In this document: positions 36,266 through 47,063 of the stretch, piece after piece
Layout: the number at the start of each line of letters is the position of its first letter
How positions within the stretch are numbered: position 1 is the stretch's first letter
Virus record (IMG/VR): IMGVR_UViG_3300032221_000327
Direction: 5' to 3' (one strand)
Source: an uncultured virus (IMG/VR IMGVR_UViG_3300032221_000327)
Taxonomy: Duplodnaviria; Heunggongvirae; Uroviricota; Caudoviricetes
DNA: 64,000 nucleotides
Notes under the pieces: generated by a model
Seen by the model: the letters and a program-made list of their open reading frames with translations, nothing else
What the model was told of the DNA's origin: nothing
The model's database searches: none
Program-made: the position numbers and the translations under genes

Positions 36266-36741
36266 CCATTAAAGTTGCACAGTTCCTTGACTTAACTGTC
36301 TACGATGCAGACAACCGTCAAGTGGGGCGCCACTTCTACCAGAACTACTTTGTCAGGCAACAGAAGAACTATGCAGGGCAAGTGTTCGACTTTGCCCCGT
36401 TTAGCATTGAGGGAACTAGCGCAAGTCTCAATGGAGAGAATAGCTTATTGCAACTATTGTTTCCCACGGACGACTACGTGCTGCGGGCGCTGGAGCAGGG
36501 CAACGGCAACCGCCTGAGCAAGCTGATCTTCACTTCCCGCTGGCTGAATGACAACCATCAATTCACTGGCAATGACCACTCTGAATCCTACGTGGGCATT
36601 GGCGCCAGTTTCTCTGAAACCACTGTTGAACTGCGCTTCCGCTCGGCGATGGACAGCATTGGCGCACAGTTCCCCCGCCGGGTGTTCTCTCGCGGCTTGG
36701 TTGGTATATTGCCAACGAACGCTGATTTAGTGCTGCAATGA
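36262..36741 (+). CDS. minor tail / hub protein (lambda L-like position)
   Basis: Synteny; C-terminal QFPRR. Confidence 0.6.
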   Translation: MTIKVAQFLDLTVYDADNRQVGRHFYQNYFVRQQKNYAGQVFDFAPFSIEGTSASLNGENSLLQLLFPTDDYVLRALEQGNGNRLSKLIFTSRWLNDNHQFTGNDHSESYVGIGASFSETTVELRFRSAMDSIGAQFPRRVFSRGLVGILPTNADLVLQ

Positions 36742-37130
36742 TCAATGTCCACGATCTCGTTGGCCTGCCCTACCGCTGGGGGGCGCGGCCCGTGGAAGGA
36801 GCAACCGACTGCTTCATGCTATGCGGGGAGGTGCGCCGCAGGCTGGGGCTGCCTGACTACTTTCAGCAGTACAGTTGGATTTATGAACGATGGGACGCAT
36901 TTTCCTTTCCATCGGCAATCGTCCTCCGCTGGTTACAGCGGCACGGGCGACTGTCTGAGCCAGTGACAGGAGCCGTTGCTTGCCTTCCATCGTCCACCAA
37001 TGGCTTCGCCCTTGGCACCTTGATTGACGAGGATCGAGTGTTGTTTATCAGCCCAGGAGGCCGCGCTACAGTGTCTCCATTGGGCCTACTGGAAGTACGC
37101 CTGTTCATGGACAAGAAGATCAATGTCTGA
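36738..37130 (+). CDS. NlpC/P60-like tail assembly protein
   Basis: LVGLPYRWGA…DCF. Confidence 0.7.
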   Translation: MINVHDLVGLPYRWGARPVEGATDCFMLCGEVRRRLGLPDYFQQYSWIYERWDAFSFPSAIVLRWLQRHGRLSEPVTGAVACLPSSTNGFALGTLIDEDRVLFISPGGRATVSPLGLLEVRLFMDKKINV

Positions 37131-40100
37131 ACGCGCACTGCTTCCGTATGAGCACCAACTGACTGATGCGCTTGGCATCAGCAAGGAGGAATACCTTGCG
37201 TTTGTTGTAGCGCAGCATGAGTACACCGACCCCAAGGCGGGCACGCTGCTCGACGTTCGCAACGAGGCTGGCACTGTTGCCATCGTGCTGACGGTTGTTG
37301 GCATGATCTTTCAGGTGGCGGCTTCCCTGCTGGCCCCCTCTCCATCGCAACAAAAGCAACGGGGCACTCCCCTCACTCGGGATCAGCAATTTGCCCCACG
37401 GTTTGGCTTCAACGGCAGTCAGGAGTTTGCCAAGTATGGCGAAACCGTGCCACTGGTCTACACCAACGTCAATGACAATGCAAGTGGTGGCGTGCGTGTG
37501 TCAACGGCCCTGCTATGGGGGGCAGTGCTGAGCTACGGCAGCTCTCAGTTCATGCAACTGATGCTGAGCGTAGGGGCATCGTCCGTGCGCAATATCGTCC
37601 CCATTCGTACTGCCATTGGACAGTTGCCGCTGCGCGACGTAACGCGCAGTCGTGCTTGGCTCTACTACCAGAACAATGGTGCCACTACCTACGCCAATCG
37701 CTACACCAACTTGACGGTGCAGGGCAATGGAGTGGATGCCTCCAGCGACCCCACCTATCGAGGTGACTCCCAGGAGACTGCCACGCTGTTCCACGACAGT
37801 GGCAAACGGCGAGGGTTCAGCCAGGTGTATTCGCCTTCCACTGGCACCGTAGTGGGCGTCACGGGCATCATTCCAATACGGGCAGCAGTGGTGGAGCTGA
37901 CTTCCAAGGGCAAGCTAGACGATCCCAAGAGGGTGCCTATTTCCATTGAAGGGCTTGCTGGCTGGACGGGCAGTGATCGCCGCACGCTGATCAGTCCCGG
38001 CACTCGCATGGTGGTGCAGATTGAAGGCACCAACAATATCAAGGGCGACCGCAAGAAGAACGCCAAGCCTTCCGTCGAATCGGTGAAGCGTGCCATTCGG
38101 GAAGCGGCATCAGTGTTTGATGAGGGTTCGCTGTATAAGCTCGGCGGCGCCATCTTTCGCGTGGAGAGCATCACCTACCAGTCGGACGGTGACATTGATC
38201 GTGGTTCCATGGCAGTGGCGATGGTATGCGAAACCAGTGGCTACACGCCTGCTGCACCATATAGCCTCACCACTGGACTGTCCGAAGAACAAATCAAGAA
38301 AGCAAACGAGGAAGAAGATGCCTTGATCGAGGAGCGTGACGCTGCAGTCAATGAGCGTGACAGCATCCCTGCTACGTCCAAGAACAACCAGAAGAAGCGC
38401 AATGAACTAGACAAGCGCATTGCTGAGATTGATGCAGAGCTGGACGCAATGAAGGAGGCCAGGCAGGAGGAAAAGGACAGCAAGAGCCTGACCAATGCAC
38501 AGAAGCAGATTGGCACCAAATGCCTTGTCCGCATTGAGCAGGCCACCTATTCAACAGTGACTAAGTGCAGCGTTGTGGAGTTTGCGCTGCGGGTGAAAGC
38601 ATTTCGCCGTCTGAGCGGGAGAGCGGAGTCCTATGGAGAGAAGTCGAAGGATTATGGCTACAAGTCGTCTGAGAATGGCGTGCAGCCACGCACTGTTATG
38701 TTTGCCATTGAATACAGCAAAGGCGATGCTGAGCAGGAACTGGGAAGGGTGCCCTATGTGTTCTGCGTGCGCAACTCAGCAGAGCAAGATGTGTTTGTGT
38801 TTTTGCGCTTTCTGGTGAAGCAAGCGATTGCTGATGGCCGCTTTGCTGCCTACCACTGGAAGTTCCGCCTCACGCCTGTGACGGAAGCACAGGCCGAAGC
38901 GGGCGCAGGCTTTCGCGGGTATTGCTTCATTCGCCCATCCGGCAAGCTCCAGACGGTTGATCTAGGCGGGGCTTCTGTTCAGTTCAATGGTGGCATCTAT
39001 GCGTTCAGCCAGTACCCGCCATTCAATGAAGGCCCGTCTGACACAACGGAATGGGAACTGTTTAACCTTGACAGCCGCAGCAATACTCAATTCTCATACC
39101 AGCAAGGCCCAGAGGTGACGATCACTGCCGTGAATGAGCAGGCTTATGACCTGTGGACTGCCTATGGCAACCGTCTCTACCAAGGGCTTTCCACCATCGC
39201 TCTCCATGCCTTCTCCGGCAGGGGCTTCCAAGACGTTCGCAACATCACCGTATGGGCCGATCAGGGCAAGGAGCTGAGGCGCCTGAGCCCGAACTGGCGA
39301 GCCTATGACACCAGCGAGGAAGTGGCAGCCTTCATCGCCTCTGAACCATCGCAATCATCTAGCTATGCGCCTGATATTTTCGTGGACTCCGTGCTTGACG
39401 GTGAGAATGGCATTGGCCAGTACGCCAGGGCCGATGGCTTGGACTTCCCAGGACTGAGCAAAGCAAAGGCATATTGCGACGTAAATCAACTGTTCATGGA
39501 CGGCGTTATTGCCGACAGTGGGTCATGGCGGGCGTTCTGGGCCGAAACTGCTGGGTTCAGCCTGCTGGAGCTTGGGCGTGTTGGCGGCAAGGATACGTTG
39601 CTGCCTGCAGTGCCAGCCAATGACACGGGGCAGATCCTGTCACAAGCACCCCTTCCCATTGCCTCCTTGTTCACAACTGGCAACATTCTGGAAGGAAGCT
39701 ACAAGGAAGAATACATTGACTACGGCTCCAACACGCAAGATGTGATTGTGACGGCTGTATATCGAGACGTTGAACGTGACGGGTACTTCCCTCGGAACAA
39801 CAGCGTTGAGTGCAGACTGGCGGGCGTGCGCGATGCAGTGGCAATCCGCGAAACCATTGACCTTTCGCAGTTCGTCACCACACGACGACAGGCGCTGCTG
39901 GTGGCACGCTTCACTTGCCTTGTGCGCAACCTATCCCGCAAGGCTTATGAGTGGCAGACATTTCCCTCTGACACCTTTGTGGCGCCTGGGAGCTATGCGC
40001 TGCTGGACATTGGCATGAACGCATGGGACGGCGTGTATTCGGGCAGGATCATGCCAGGAGGAGCCCTGAACGTACCGATTGCTTCTGTGCTGCCGGATGG

Positions 40101-40386
40101 GACTTACAACTTCCTGCTCTACAGCGGCAGCGAGGGTACTGTGCGACGCAATAACGTACGTGTGGAGGGCAACGTGGCTGCCTCACTGGCGCCCCTGGAT
40201 GGCTACTTGTTCGTCGTGGGTAGGCCCGCCCACCGCACAGGCAAGCGGGCCGTCAAGATCACGCAAGTGGACATGGACTCCGAAGGGCTTGTCACCATTC
40301 AAGCCGTTGACCACCCAGTAGACAATGAAGGCGTGTCATTACTGGCAAAGTACCTGAAGGATGCCAGTCGCTTTGATGAGCTGTAG
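37123..40386 (+). CDS. tail tip / central fibre protein (lambda J-like)
   Basis: YGETVPLVY, STALLWG, APDIF, FMDGVI; 1087 aa. Confidence 0.8.
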   Translation: MSERALLPYEHQLTDALGISKEEYLAFVVAQHEYTDPKAGTLLDVRNEAGTVAIVLTVVGMIFQVAASLLAPSPSQQKQRGTPLTRDQQFAPRFGFNGSQEFAKYGETVPLVYTNVNDNASGGVRVSTALLWGAVLSYGSSQFMQLMLSVGASSVRNIVPIRTAIGQLPLRDVTRSRAWLYYQNNGATTYANRYTNLTVQGNGVDASSDPTYRGDSQETATLFHDSGKRRGFSQVYSPSTGTVVGVTGIIPIRAAVVELTSKGKLDDPKRVPISIEGLAGWTGSDRRTLISPGTRMVVQIEGTNNIKGDRKKNAKPSVESVKRAIREAASVFDEGSLYKLGGAIFRVESITYQSDGDIDRGSMAVAMVCETSGYTPAAPYSLTTGLSEEQIKKANEEEDALIEERDAAVNERDSIPATSKNNQKKRNELDKRIAEIDAELDAMKEARQEEKDSKSLTNAQKQIGTKCLVRIEQATYSTVTKCSVVEFALRVKAFRRLSGRAESYGEKSKDYGYKSSENGVQPRTVMFAIEYSKGDAEQELGRVPYVFCVRNSAEQDVFVFLRFLVKQAIADGRFAAYHWKFRLTPVTEAQAEAGAGFRGYCFIRPSGKLQTVDLGGASVQFNGGIYAFSQYPPFNEGPSDTTEWELFNLDSRSNTQFSYQQGPEVTITAVNEQAYDLWTAYGNRLYQGLSTIALHAFSGRGFQDVRNITVWADQGKELRRLSPNWRAYDTSEEVAAFIASEPSQSSSYAPDIFVDSVLDGENGIGQYARADGLDFPGLSKAKAYCDVNQLFMDGVIADSGSWRAFWAETAGFSLLELGRVGGKDTLLPAVPANDTGQILSQAPLPIASLFTTGNILEGSYKEEYIDYGSNTQDVIVTAVYRDVERDGYFPRNNSVECRLAGVRDAVAIRETIDLSQFVTTRRQALLVARFTCLVRNLSRKAYEWQTFPSDTFVAPGSYALLDIGMNAWDGVYSGRIMPGGALNVPIASVLPDGTYNFLLYSGSEGTVRRNNVRVEGNVAASLAPLDGYLFVVGRPAHRTGKRAVKITQVDMDSEGLVTIQAVDHPVDNEGVSLLAKYLKDASRFDEL

Positions 40387-40445
40387 TGGCTGAATTGCCT
40401 CTAGAATAATCGCAAAGCCTTTGTAGCGACCGCTCGCTTTCCGCA

Positions 40446-41261
40446 ATGATCTATACGGGCAATAACGGGCGGGTGTATATTGCCCGCGCACAGGCGTCTG
40501 CATTGACCGGCGCCTTTACGCTCAACATTCTTGCTGGCCAGGGCGTTTCACTGAACGGCAACTACTACGTCTACAACGTGAGGGGCGATGGAGCCGGAGC
40601 GTATGCCAGGGCAGGCAGCACCGTGCTTTCCACTGATAGTTCCCGCGCCTGTACTTTCACCATCGTCTCCGGCGGTTACAACTACGAAGCTGGCGACGTT
40701 GTGCGTTTTGCCTATACGGACGCTGCGGGCAATCGCGTTGATGTGACTGGCGACTTCGCAATCGACACGACTGTCACCACTGGCATTGACAGTGAGCGGG
40801 AGATCCTGGACGACTACTACAGGATTGCCAAAATCCGATCGTGGAACCTGACCAGCAACAGTGAAGTGGTGGAAACCACTGCGCTTGGTGATGCCACCAA
40901 AACCTACGCTCCATCGCTTACTTCCGGCGAAGGCAGCGCCACACTGATGTTTTACGAGGACACGCTGAGCAACGCCGGCATTGATCGCCAGAAGGACACG
41001 TTTGAGCTGATTGATCTGCTGTTCCCTAGGAGCGCCCCGCCTCGCGTGGTCCTGAACCTCGCCATTGATGGTTCGGCAACGGGCTTTGTTGGGCAAGTGG
41101 GCGGCCAAGCCATCTGGAAAACCAACTTCCTTTTCTACGCCTACATCACCAGCGCAAGCATTGGCTCCACCTATGGAGAAGTGGTGACGATTGACACTTC
41201 CTTCACGGTTGACGGGCCGTTAATTGATGTGCCCTACAAGCCTGGTGTTGTGAAGCTGTGA
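40446..41261 (+). CDS. tail tube-fold structural protein with inserted domain
   Basis: YTGNNG…IRSWNL…ETTALGD…GEGSATL…SFTVDG. Confidence 0.65.
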   Translation: MIYTGNNGRVYIARAQASALTGAFTLNILAGQGVSLNGNYYVYNVRGDGAGAYARAGSTVLSTDSSRACTFTIVSGGYNYEAGDVVRFAYTDAAGNRVDVTGDFAIDTTVTTGIDSEREILDDYYRIAKIRSWNLTSNSEVVETTALGDATKTYAPSLTSGEGSATLMFYEDTLSNAGIDRQKDTFELIDLLFPRSAPPRVVLNLAIDGSATGFVGQVGGQAIWKTNFLFYAYITSASIGSTYGEVVTIDTSFTVDGPLIDVPYKPGVVKL

Positions 41262-42190
41262 CCATCTTTGCGGGCCACTATGGCAGCATTGAATTGAAGC
41301 GTGTGGGAGGGCCGTTGCCTCTCGATGTGGAGATTCACGGGCAGGACATGGACATAGCCCGCAAACGCTTTGCGCTGTCCACGAAAGACGGGCAAGACGT
41401 TCCCTACTCGACGATCACCACGGGCGATCGTATTCGCATTAGCACCACTGATGCAAGGGGCCTGCCGTTTCGTTTCTACACCAACAGCGCCAATACCACT
41501 TACATTGACAACCCCGGTGCAGCCGTAGGGCCGTTGGAGTTCTATGCCAATGTGGATACGATGGGCGCCATCCGCATGTATCGCACCTTCAACGATGCGA
41601 TTAACAATGTAGGAGTGCGTTACATGGCCATCCCACTGACGCCGGGGGCTGGTGCTGCGGCATGGCCCGTGACAATCAACATGCTGCCAGGAGCGTTTAA
41701 CACGCTGGGCGAAGTGACGGCATTTCGCTTCTCCACTGACCGGGAGAATGTTGACGTTACATCATTGGGCGATCGGTTTCGTGGCGTGACGGCTAGTGCC
41801 ATTAGTGGCAATGGTTCCATCGACTGCATGTTTGAGTTCAAGAACTTGGCTGACACGGAAGTGGCATCGGCATTGGCCAACCTTATTCAGAAGGTGGAAG
41901 TAGGTAGTCAGTTTGAGGCCAAGCTCTACCTGCTGGAGCCTAATGTGAATGGCCCGCCGGGATATAGTGACACTGACGGGGCATACTATCAAGTGCAAGG
42001 GATGCTCACACGTTCTGCCATGGAAGCCCCTGCTAATGCCATTGTGGAATGTAGCTTTGACTTCGTAACGACTGGTGAGTTTAGCTTTAAGACAGGCGTA
42101 GCACCAGTGGACTTGGCAACGCAAGCGGGCGTTAGCATTGTAGAGGAAAGCACTTTGGACTCTATCGGTCTTCTTCAGGAGGCGAACTAG
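41258..42190 (+). CDS. tail tube-fold structural protein with inserted domain
   Basis: FAGHYG…DVTSLGD…SGNGSID…FVTTG. Confidence 0.65.
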   Translation: MTIFAGHYGSIELKRVGGPLPLDVEIHGQDMDIARKRFALSTKDGQDVPYSTITTGDRIRISTTDARGLPFRFYTNSANTTYIDNPGAAVGPLEFYANVDTMGAIRMYRTFNDAINNVGVRYMAIPLTPGAGAAAWPVTINMLPGAFNTLGEVTAFRFSTDRENVDVTSLGDRFRGVTASAISGNGSIDCMFEFKNLADTEVASALANLIQKVEVGSQFEAKLYLLEPNVNGPPGYSDTDGAYYQVQGMLTRSAMEAPANAIVECSFDFVTTGEFSFKTGVAPVDLATQAGVSIVEESTLDSIGLLQEAN

Positions 42191-42192
42191 CT

Positions 42193-44328
42193 ATGCCCGT
42201 AACCATTTCTGAGCTGCCTGAACTTTCAACAGACCTGTCGCAGTCAGACCCGCTTGTCATTCTGGACGTTAGCGCAGGCGCAACGAAGAAGATCCAAGCC
42301 GGCAACCTGCTGCAAGTTGGCATCAGTGGGGCACCGTCTGGCTTCATTGATCTGGCGAAGCTCAATCAAAGCTCTGTCACGAAACTATCTTCCACTGCCC
42401 TGGCCAATACGGGCGTCAGTGCCGCCACTTACGGCACCGCTGCGCAAGTGGCCTCCGTGGTGGTCAATGCAAAGGGCCTGATTACTGCCGCTTCGGGAGT
42501 GCCGATTGTCATTACGGCTTCCAGTGTGACGGGCCTGGCAACAGTGGCCACCAGCGGCACCTACAGCAGCCTGACAGGCAAGCCAACGCTGGGCACACTG
42601 TCAGCGCAGGATGCAGGCAACGTGCTGGTCAGTGGCGGCACGATTGCAGGCATTGTTGACCTAGCCATTGCAGATGGTGGCACAGGAAGCTCCACAGCGT
42701 CTGGCGCCAGGGTGAACCTTGGCCTCGCCATTGGCAGCAACGTGCAGGCTTACGACGCTGGCCTTGCTTCCATTGCAGGACTGACCACCACTGCGGATCA
42801 GTTCATCTACACCACGGCTGCTGACACCTATGCAGCCACGGCCCTGCCGGCATACATGCGGCAGCTTATCGGCAGCGGCAGCAGCGCATCAGCGGCACGC
42901 ACAACGCTGGGCCTCGGCACGCTGGCCGTTCGCAACTCCGTGCAGGCAGGAGATATTACCGATGGGACAGTGAGTGGTAGCACGATTGCTTCTGCCACGA
43001 TCACCTCTGCCAATATGGCGAGCGGCAGTGTGGTGAGTGCCGCCATTGCAAGCGGGGCTGTCACCACTGCCTGCTTGGCTGACGATGGCGTGACTGCCGC
43101 CAAACTTGCCGATAACTCTGCCACCATCGTTAGTGGTGGCACGCCCATTGCTAATGGCTCCTTCATTGGCCAGAGGCAATACGACAGCAGCCAAGGGCTG
43201 GACTATGTGTGGAACGGTTCAGCGTGGGAGCGCGAAGCAGGCATTGGCGCACTGGCCTTCACTGGCAGCACGCCCATTGCCTTTGCCGTTTCCTATCCCG
43301 ACCGCTATTCCGCCTCCATCGCCACTTCTCTGAACACGCAAACTGCGAACACGGTGTTTGTGGGCCCCTCCAGCGGCGCCAACGCGGCTCCTACGTTCAG
43401 GGCACTGGTCAGTGACGACTTGCCGCTTGCCATTAGTGGCAGCCCTGGCGCAGTGTCGCCTGGTGCTGGCCTGACGGTCACGGCAGGCGTGCTGAACCAT
43501 AGCAATGCCGTTACGGCTGGCACCTACACGGGCTCAATCACGATTGACGGACAGGGCCACGTTGTTTCCGCTGCTGCTGCACTGACGGCTGAGAACATCC
43601 CTGAACTAGACGCCAGCAAGATCACCACTGGCACGTTCTCCTCTGCTTTCCTTGCGGACAACAGCGTCACTGCTGCGCAACTGGCGGACTACGGCATTGC
43701 GCAGGTGACGGAAGAACTGCCGGTGCCTGAGTTTGCAGGGCAGTGGTGGATCCATCCCACGGAACGCTCAGCATCGGTGTGGGTGGGCGTTGTGGCGCCG
43801 GAGCCCAATGGCTACTGGCTCAACGTGGGCTACGCCAGCCCTGAGCAGCTCAACCTACGGTTTGGCGGCACCTACAACGCTTCGGGCAATACGGTCAGCA
43901 GCCTCAACAGCGCGGGCCTGGAAGCCGGGCTTGCCATCGGCTCTCCATTGCCGGCACCAAACGACAGCAACAATGGCGTGTACTTGATTGTGACCACTGC
44001 CGGCACGGGCGTCACGCCAGCGCCTGTGGAGTCGCTGCTGGTGGGCAACTGGGTGCTTTCAGAAGGCACGGGCTCCAACTGGAAGACTGTGGCCCTCACC
44101 AGTTCCCTTGGAACCGTGAACGACCAGAGCGTGCTGGTGGCTGGCGGCAGCCTTGTTCCTGCAGCATCAGGCATTGCAACGCAAGAGAACTTCAACGATT
44201 CAGTGTGGGGCAAGGTGCAGATTGCCAATACCACCACTGCTGGCATCGTGCGGGCATCGTCACAAGTGCTGGTTGCTTCTGGCACGGGCATTATGACCAT
44301 TGGCGAGATTGACGATGGCACGTACTAA
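42193..44328 (+). CDS. tail fibre protein
   Basis: Gly/Ser/Thr/Ala-rich repeats (AIADGGTG, VTAAKLA, APTFRAL). Confidence 0.8.
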   Translation: MPVTISELPELSTDLSQSDPLVILDVSAGATKKIQAGNLLQVGISGAPSGFIDLAKLNQSSVTKLSSTALANTGVSAATYGTAAQVASVVVNAKGLITAASGVPIVITASSVTGLATVATSGTYSSLTGKPTLGTLSAQDAGNVLVSGGTIAGIVDLAIADGGTGSSTASGARVNLGLAIGSNVQAYDAGLASIAGLTTTADQFIYTTAADTYAATALPAYMRQLIGSGSSASAARTTLGLGTLAVRNSVQAGDITDGTVSGSTIASATITSANMASGSVVSAAIASGAVTTACLADDGVTAAKLADNSATIVSGGTPIANGSFIGQRQYDSSQGLDYVWNGSAWEREAGIGALAFTGSTPIAFAVSYPDRYSASIATSLNTQTANTVFVGPSSGANAAPTFRALVSDDLPLAISGSPGAVSPGAGLTVTAGVLNHSNAVTAGTYTGSITIDGQGHVVSAAAALTAENIPELDASKITTGTFSSAFLADNSVTAAQLADYGIAQVTEELPVPEFAGQWWIHPTERSASVWVGVVAPEPNGYWLNVGYASPEQLNLRFGGTYNASGNTVSSLNSAGLEAGLAIGSPLPAPNDSNNGVYLIVTTAGTGVTPAPVESLLVGNWVLSEGTGSNWKTVALTSSLGTVNDQSVLVAGGSLVPAASGIATQENFNDSVWGKVQIANTTTAGIVRASSQVLVASGTGIMTIGEIDDGTY

Positions 44329-44534
44329 TGGCCCTTCCATCACGGCGCATCTATAGCGGCCCTGCTGTTCCACCGTATGGCGATGTAAGCGAAGTGCTAG
44401 CGAAGCGCACTGGCACGTTTTATGATGCTGGTTGGTACGGGGTGCCAGACTTGCTGATGGGAGCCACTATTTCAGGCGTGACGATTAGCGGCAGCACTAT
44501 CACTGCTTCCACCATTGATGATGGTGAATACTGA
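44328..44534 (+). CDS. small tail fibre-associated protein
   Basis: Ends IDDGEY, like upstream IDDGTY. Confidence 0.65.
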   Translation: MALPSRRIYSGPAVPPYGDVSEVLAKRTGTFYDAGWYGVPDLLMGATISGVTISGSTITASTIDDGEY

Positions 44535-44582
44535 AAGGCCATAGAATAAGGCAATAATTGTCGCCCGCAAGGGTTTGGCGCC

Positions 44583-46511
44583 ATGACTCTGAAGCATCTT
44601 CGCTCGTCCACTGCTAACAAAAGGCCCACGGCTTCTGGCTTGGCCGATGGCCAGCTTGGCATCAACACTGCTTCCGGCACGCCTGGCATTTACTTCAAGG
44701 ACAGTGCAAGCGGCATCGTGAAGATTGGCCCTGCACATGTGGGCACGGCTGCCCCCAATGCAACGCCCGCCGGAAGTGCCGGCAACAGCAAGGGGGAGCT
44801 ATGGATTGATGAAAGTACGACGATCATTGGCGCCAAATACTACAACGGCACCACCTTCGTCAACCTCACACCCTCGGGCACGCTCACTGCTGCTGGCCTG
44901 CTGGAGCTGGCCACTGGTGCAGAAACGCAAACCGGCACTGATGCCGTAAGGGCTGTGTCACCGTCTGGCCTACAGAGCAAGCTCAGCGACAGTGTGGCCA
45001 CCACCAGTTCCACCACCATCGCTTCTGCCACTGCCGTGAAGACGGCTTATGACCTGGCCAATGCTGCGCTGCCCAAGACTGGCGGCATCATCACGGGCAA
45101 TCTGGAGATTGGCGCTACGGGCAGCCTGACTTTTGAAGGCAGCTCCGCTGATCTGTTTGAAACCACTCTGACCGTCACCAACCCCACAGCGGACAGAACG
45201 ATCACGCTGCCCGACCGCACCGGCACAGTGATCACCACTGCCGATACGGACACCGTGACAGGTACGATGATTGCAGCGGAAACGGTTACGAGCACGAACA
45301 TTCTCAATGGCACGATTGTCAATGCCGACATAAACGCTTCTGCCGCCATTGCCGACACCAAGCTCGCCACCATTTCCACTGCCAACAAGGTGAGTATTGC
45401 GGCCCTTGACATTGACGGGGCCACGGACATTGGCGCGGCCCTGGTTGATGCCGACTTGTTCATCGTTGATGATGGCGCTGGTGGCACTAACCGGAAGGCT
45501 GCTGCATCGCGCCTGAAACCGTTTGTCTACGCTGGCGTCAGTGGCGACATTACGCTCACCAGCCTTGGCGTGGCAACGATTGGCACGGGCGTGATTGTTG
45601 ACGCAGAAATCAATGCTGCTGCTGCCATTGCAGGCACCAAGATCAGCCCCAACTTTGGCAGCCAAGACATTCGCACCAGCGGGAACATTGGCGTGGGTGC
45701 TGCGCCAGTGTATGACATTGACGCCAACACGACGGGCGCCGCCACTATCCTGCGGGTGAAGCAAGGCGACTTGTCCGCCACCAACACGTTCCGCCCTTCC
45801 ATCTTTCTGGACAAGGGCAGTGACAACGTATTTGCACTGAGTTGCGATGGAGGCGCGGCTGGGTCTGGCATCACTTACTACGAGGCCAAGCACGCAACAG
45901 GCCAGCACGTTTTCTACTGCAATGGCAAGGAACAGATGCGCATTGTCGCCAGCGGTGACGGGCATGTGCTCATTGGACGATCCACTGCTACAAGTGGGAC
46001 TGGTAAGTCTAGGCTTGCGATTGACGCTGTTGGCAACACTGAGAACATCAGCAAACTTGCCTTGCTGGGCTATGGCAGTTCACTGGGCTATGGCATCATC
46101 TTCCAGCCCGCCAATGATTCCACGCCTACGCCATGCCTGTTCACGAACAATGCAGGCACCACAGTAGGCTCGATCACCACAAGCGTTAGTGCCACCACCT
46201 ATGCAACGGCGTCAGACTATCGCGTGAAGGAGAACGTGCAGCCAATCGTGGGAGCAGTGGCGCAGGTGATGGCCCTCAAGCCTTGTAGTTTCAACTTCCT
46301 GCAGGAAACCAACGTGAGGCGCAATGGCTTCTTGGCGCATGAATACCAAGCAGTGGTGCCCTATGGCGCAACGGGCGTGAAGGATGCAGTGGACGAAGAT
46401 GGTCAACCTGTGCTGCAGGGGATTGACCACTCCACGGCAGTGCCACTGCTCACGGCTGCCCTGCAGGAGGCCCTGCAACGCATCAGTGTGCTGGAAGCTC
46501 AGCTATCCTGA
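44583..46511 (+). CDS. tail fibre with C-terminal intramolecular chaperone (peptidase S74)
   Basis: SDYRVKENV…GFLAHE…PLLTAALQE. Confidence 0.88.
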   Translation: MTLKHLRSSTANKRPTASGLADGQLGINTASGTPGIYFKDSASGIVKIGPAHVGTAAPNATPAGSAGNSKGELWIDESTTIIGAKYYNGTTFVNLTPSGTLTAAGLLELATGAETQTGTDAVRAVSPSGLQSKLSDSVATTSSTTIASATAVKTAYDLANAALPKTGGIITGNLEIGATGSLTFEGSSADLFETTLTVTNPTADRTITLPDRTGTVITTADTDTVTGTMIAAETVTSTNILNGTIVNADINASAAIADTKLATISTANKVSIAALDIDGATDIGAALVDADLFIVDDGAGGTNRKAAASRLKPFVYAGVSGDITLTSLGVATIGTGVIVDAEINAAAAIAGTKISPNFGSQDIRTSGNIGVGAAPVYDIDANTTGAATILRVKQGDLSATNTFRPSIFLDKGSDNVFALSCDGGAAGSGITYYEAKHATGQHVFYCNGKEQMRIVASGDGHVLIGRSTATSGTGKSRLAIDAVGNTENISKLALLGYGSSLGYGIIFQPANDSTPTPCLFTNNAGTTVGSITTSVSATTYATASDYRVKENVQPIVGAVAQVMALKPCSFNFLQETNVRRNGFLAHEYQAVVPYGATGVKDAVDEDGQPVLQGIDHSTAVPLLTAALQEALQRISVLEAQLS

Positions 46512-46640
46512 TTCCGCCTCCATCGTTTCTTCTCCGTGGCAGTCAAGAGCAAAGCCGGCATTTCCGGCGCCCGTCGAGTGATTGTTTCCAAGCCCAAAAC
46601 CACCCGCCAGGGCCACGGCAAGCACAGCAAACCGAGTCAT
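46503..46640 (-). CDS. possible small exported peptide
   Basis: MTRFAVLAVALAGGFGLG; 45 aa. Confidence 0.3.
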   Translation of the reverse strand: MTRFAVLAVALAGGFGLGNNHSTGAGNAGFALDCHGEETMEAESG

Positions 46641-46733
46641 GGCAGGAAGCTGCCGCGAGGTCAAGGCGGCTGACGGATTGATTGACAGTCGCAATGGGGA
46701 GAAGTAGGCTGCGGCCTGCCTCTCCCTTTTCTC

Positions 46734-47009
46734 ATGGCGCCAGTTGTTGACTCCTACACATTTTCCCATCGCTTCTCTGACACTGAAGCCATTGTGGGCT
46801 TCTCCAGTTACGAGGACATTCAGTATCAGTGCCAGCCGGGCCCCAGTGTCCATGCGCTGGTGCGTTCCTTCTTGCAGTTTGCACTTGCCTGTGGATGGCC
46901 TCAGTCCGCTGTGCTGAACGCCTTTGCGGACATTAGCGAGGAATATGCAGACGCAGCTCGGCGTCATTGTGAGCGGCAATCGTGTTGTGCCAAAGCAGAA
47001 GATCAATGA
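46734..47009 (+). CDS. hypothetical protein
   Basis: 91-aa ORF. Confidence 0.55.
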   Translation: MAPVVDSYTFSHRFSDTEAIVGFSSYEDIQYQCQPGPSVHALVRSFLQFALACGWPQSAVLNAFADISEEYADAARRHCERQSCCAKAEDQ

Positions 47010-47063
47010 CGATGGCATGATTGCGCAGTGACGGCTAGAATTACGCTACGGACATGAGCGTAG

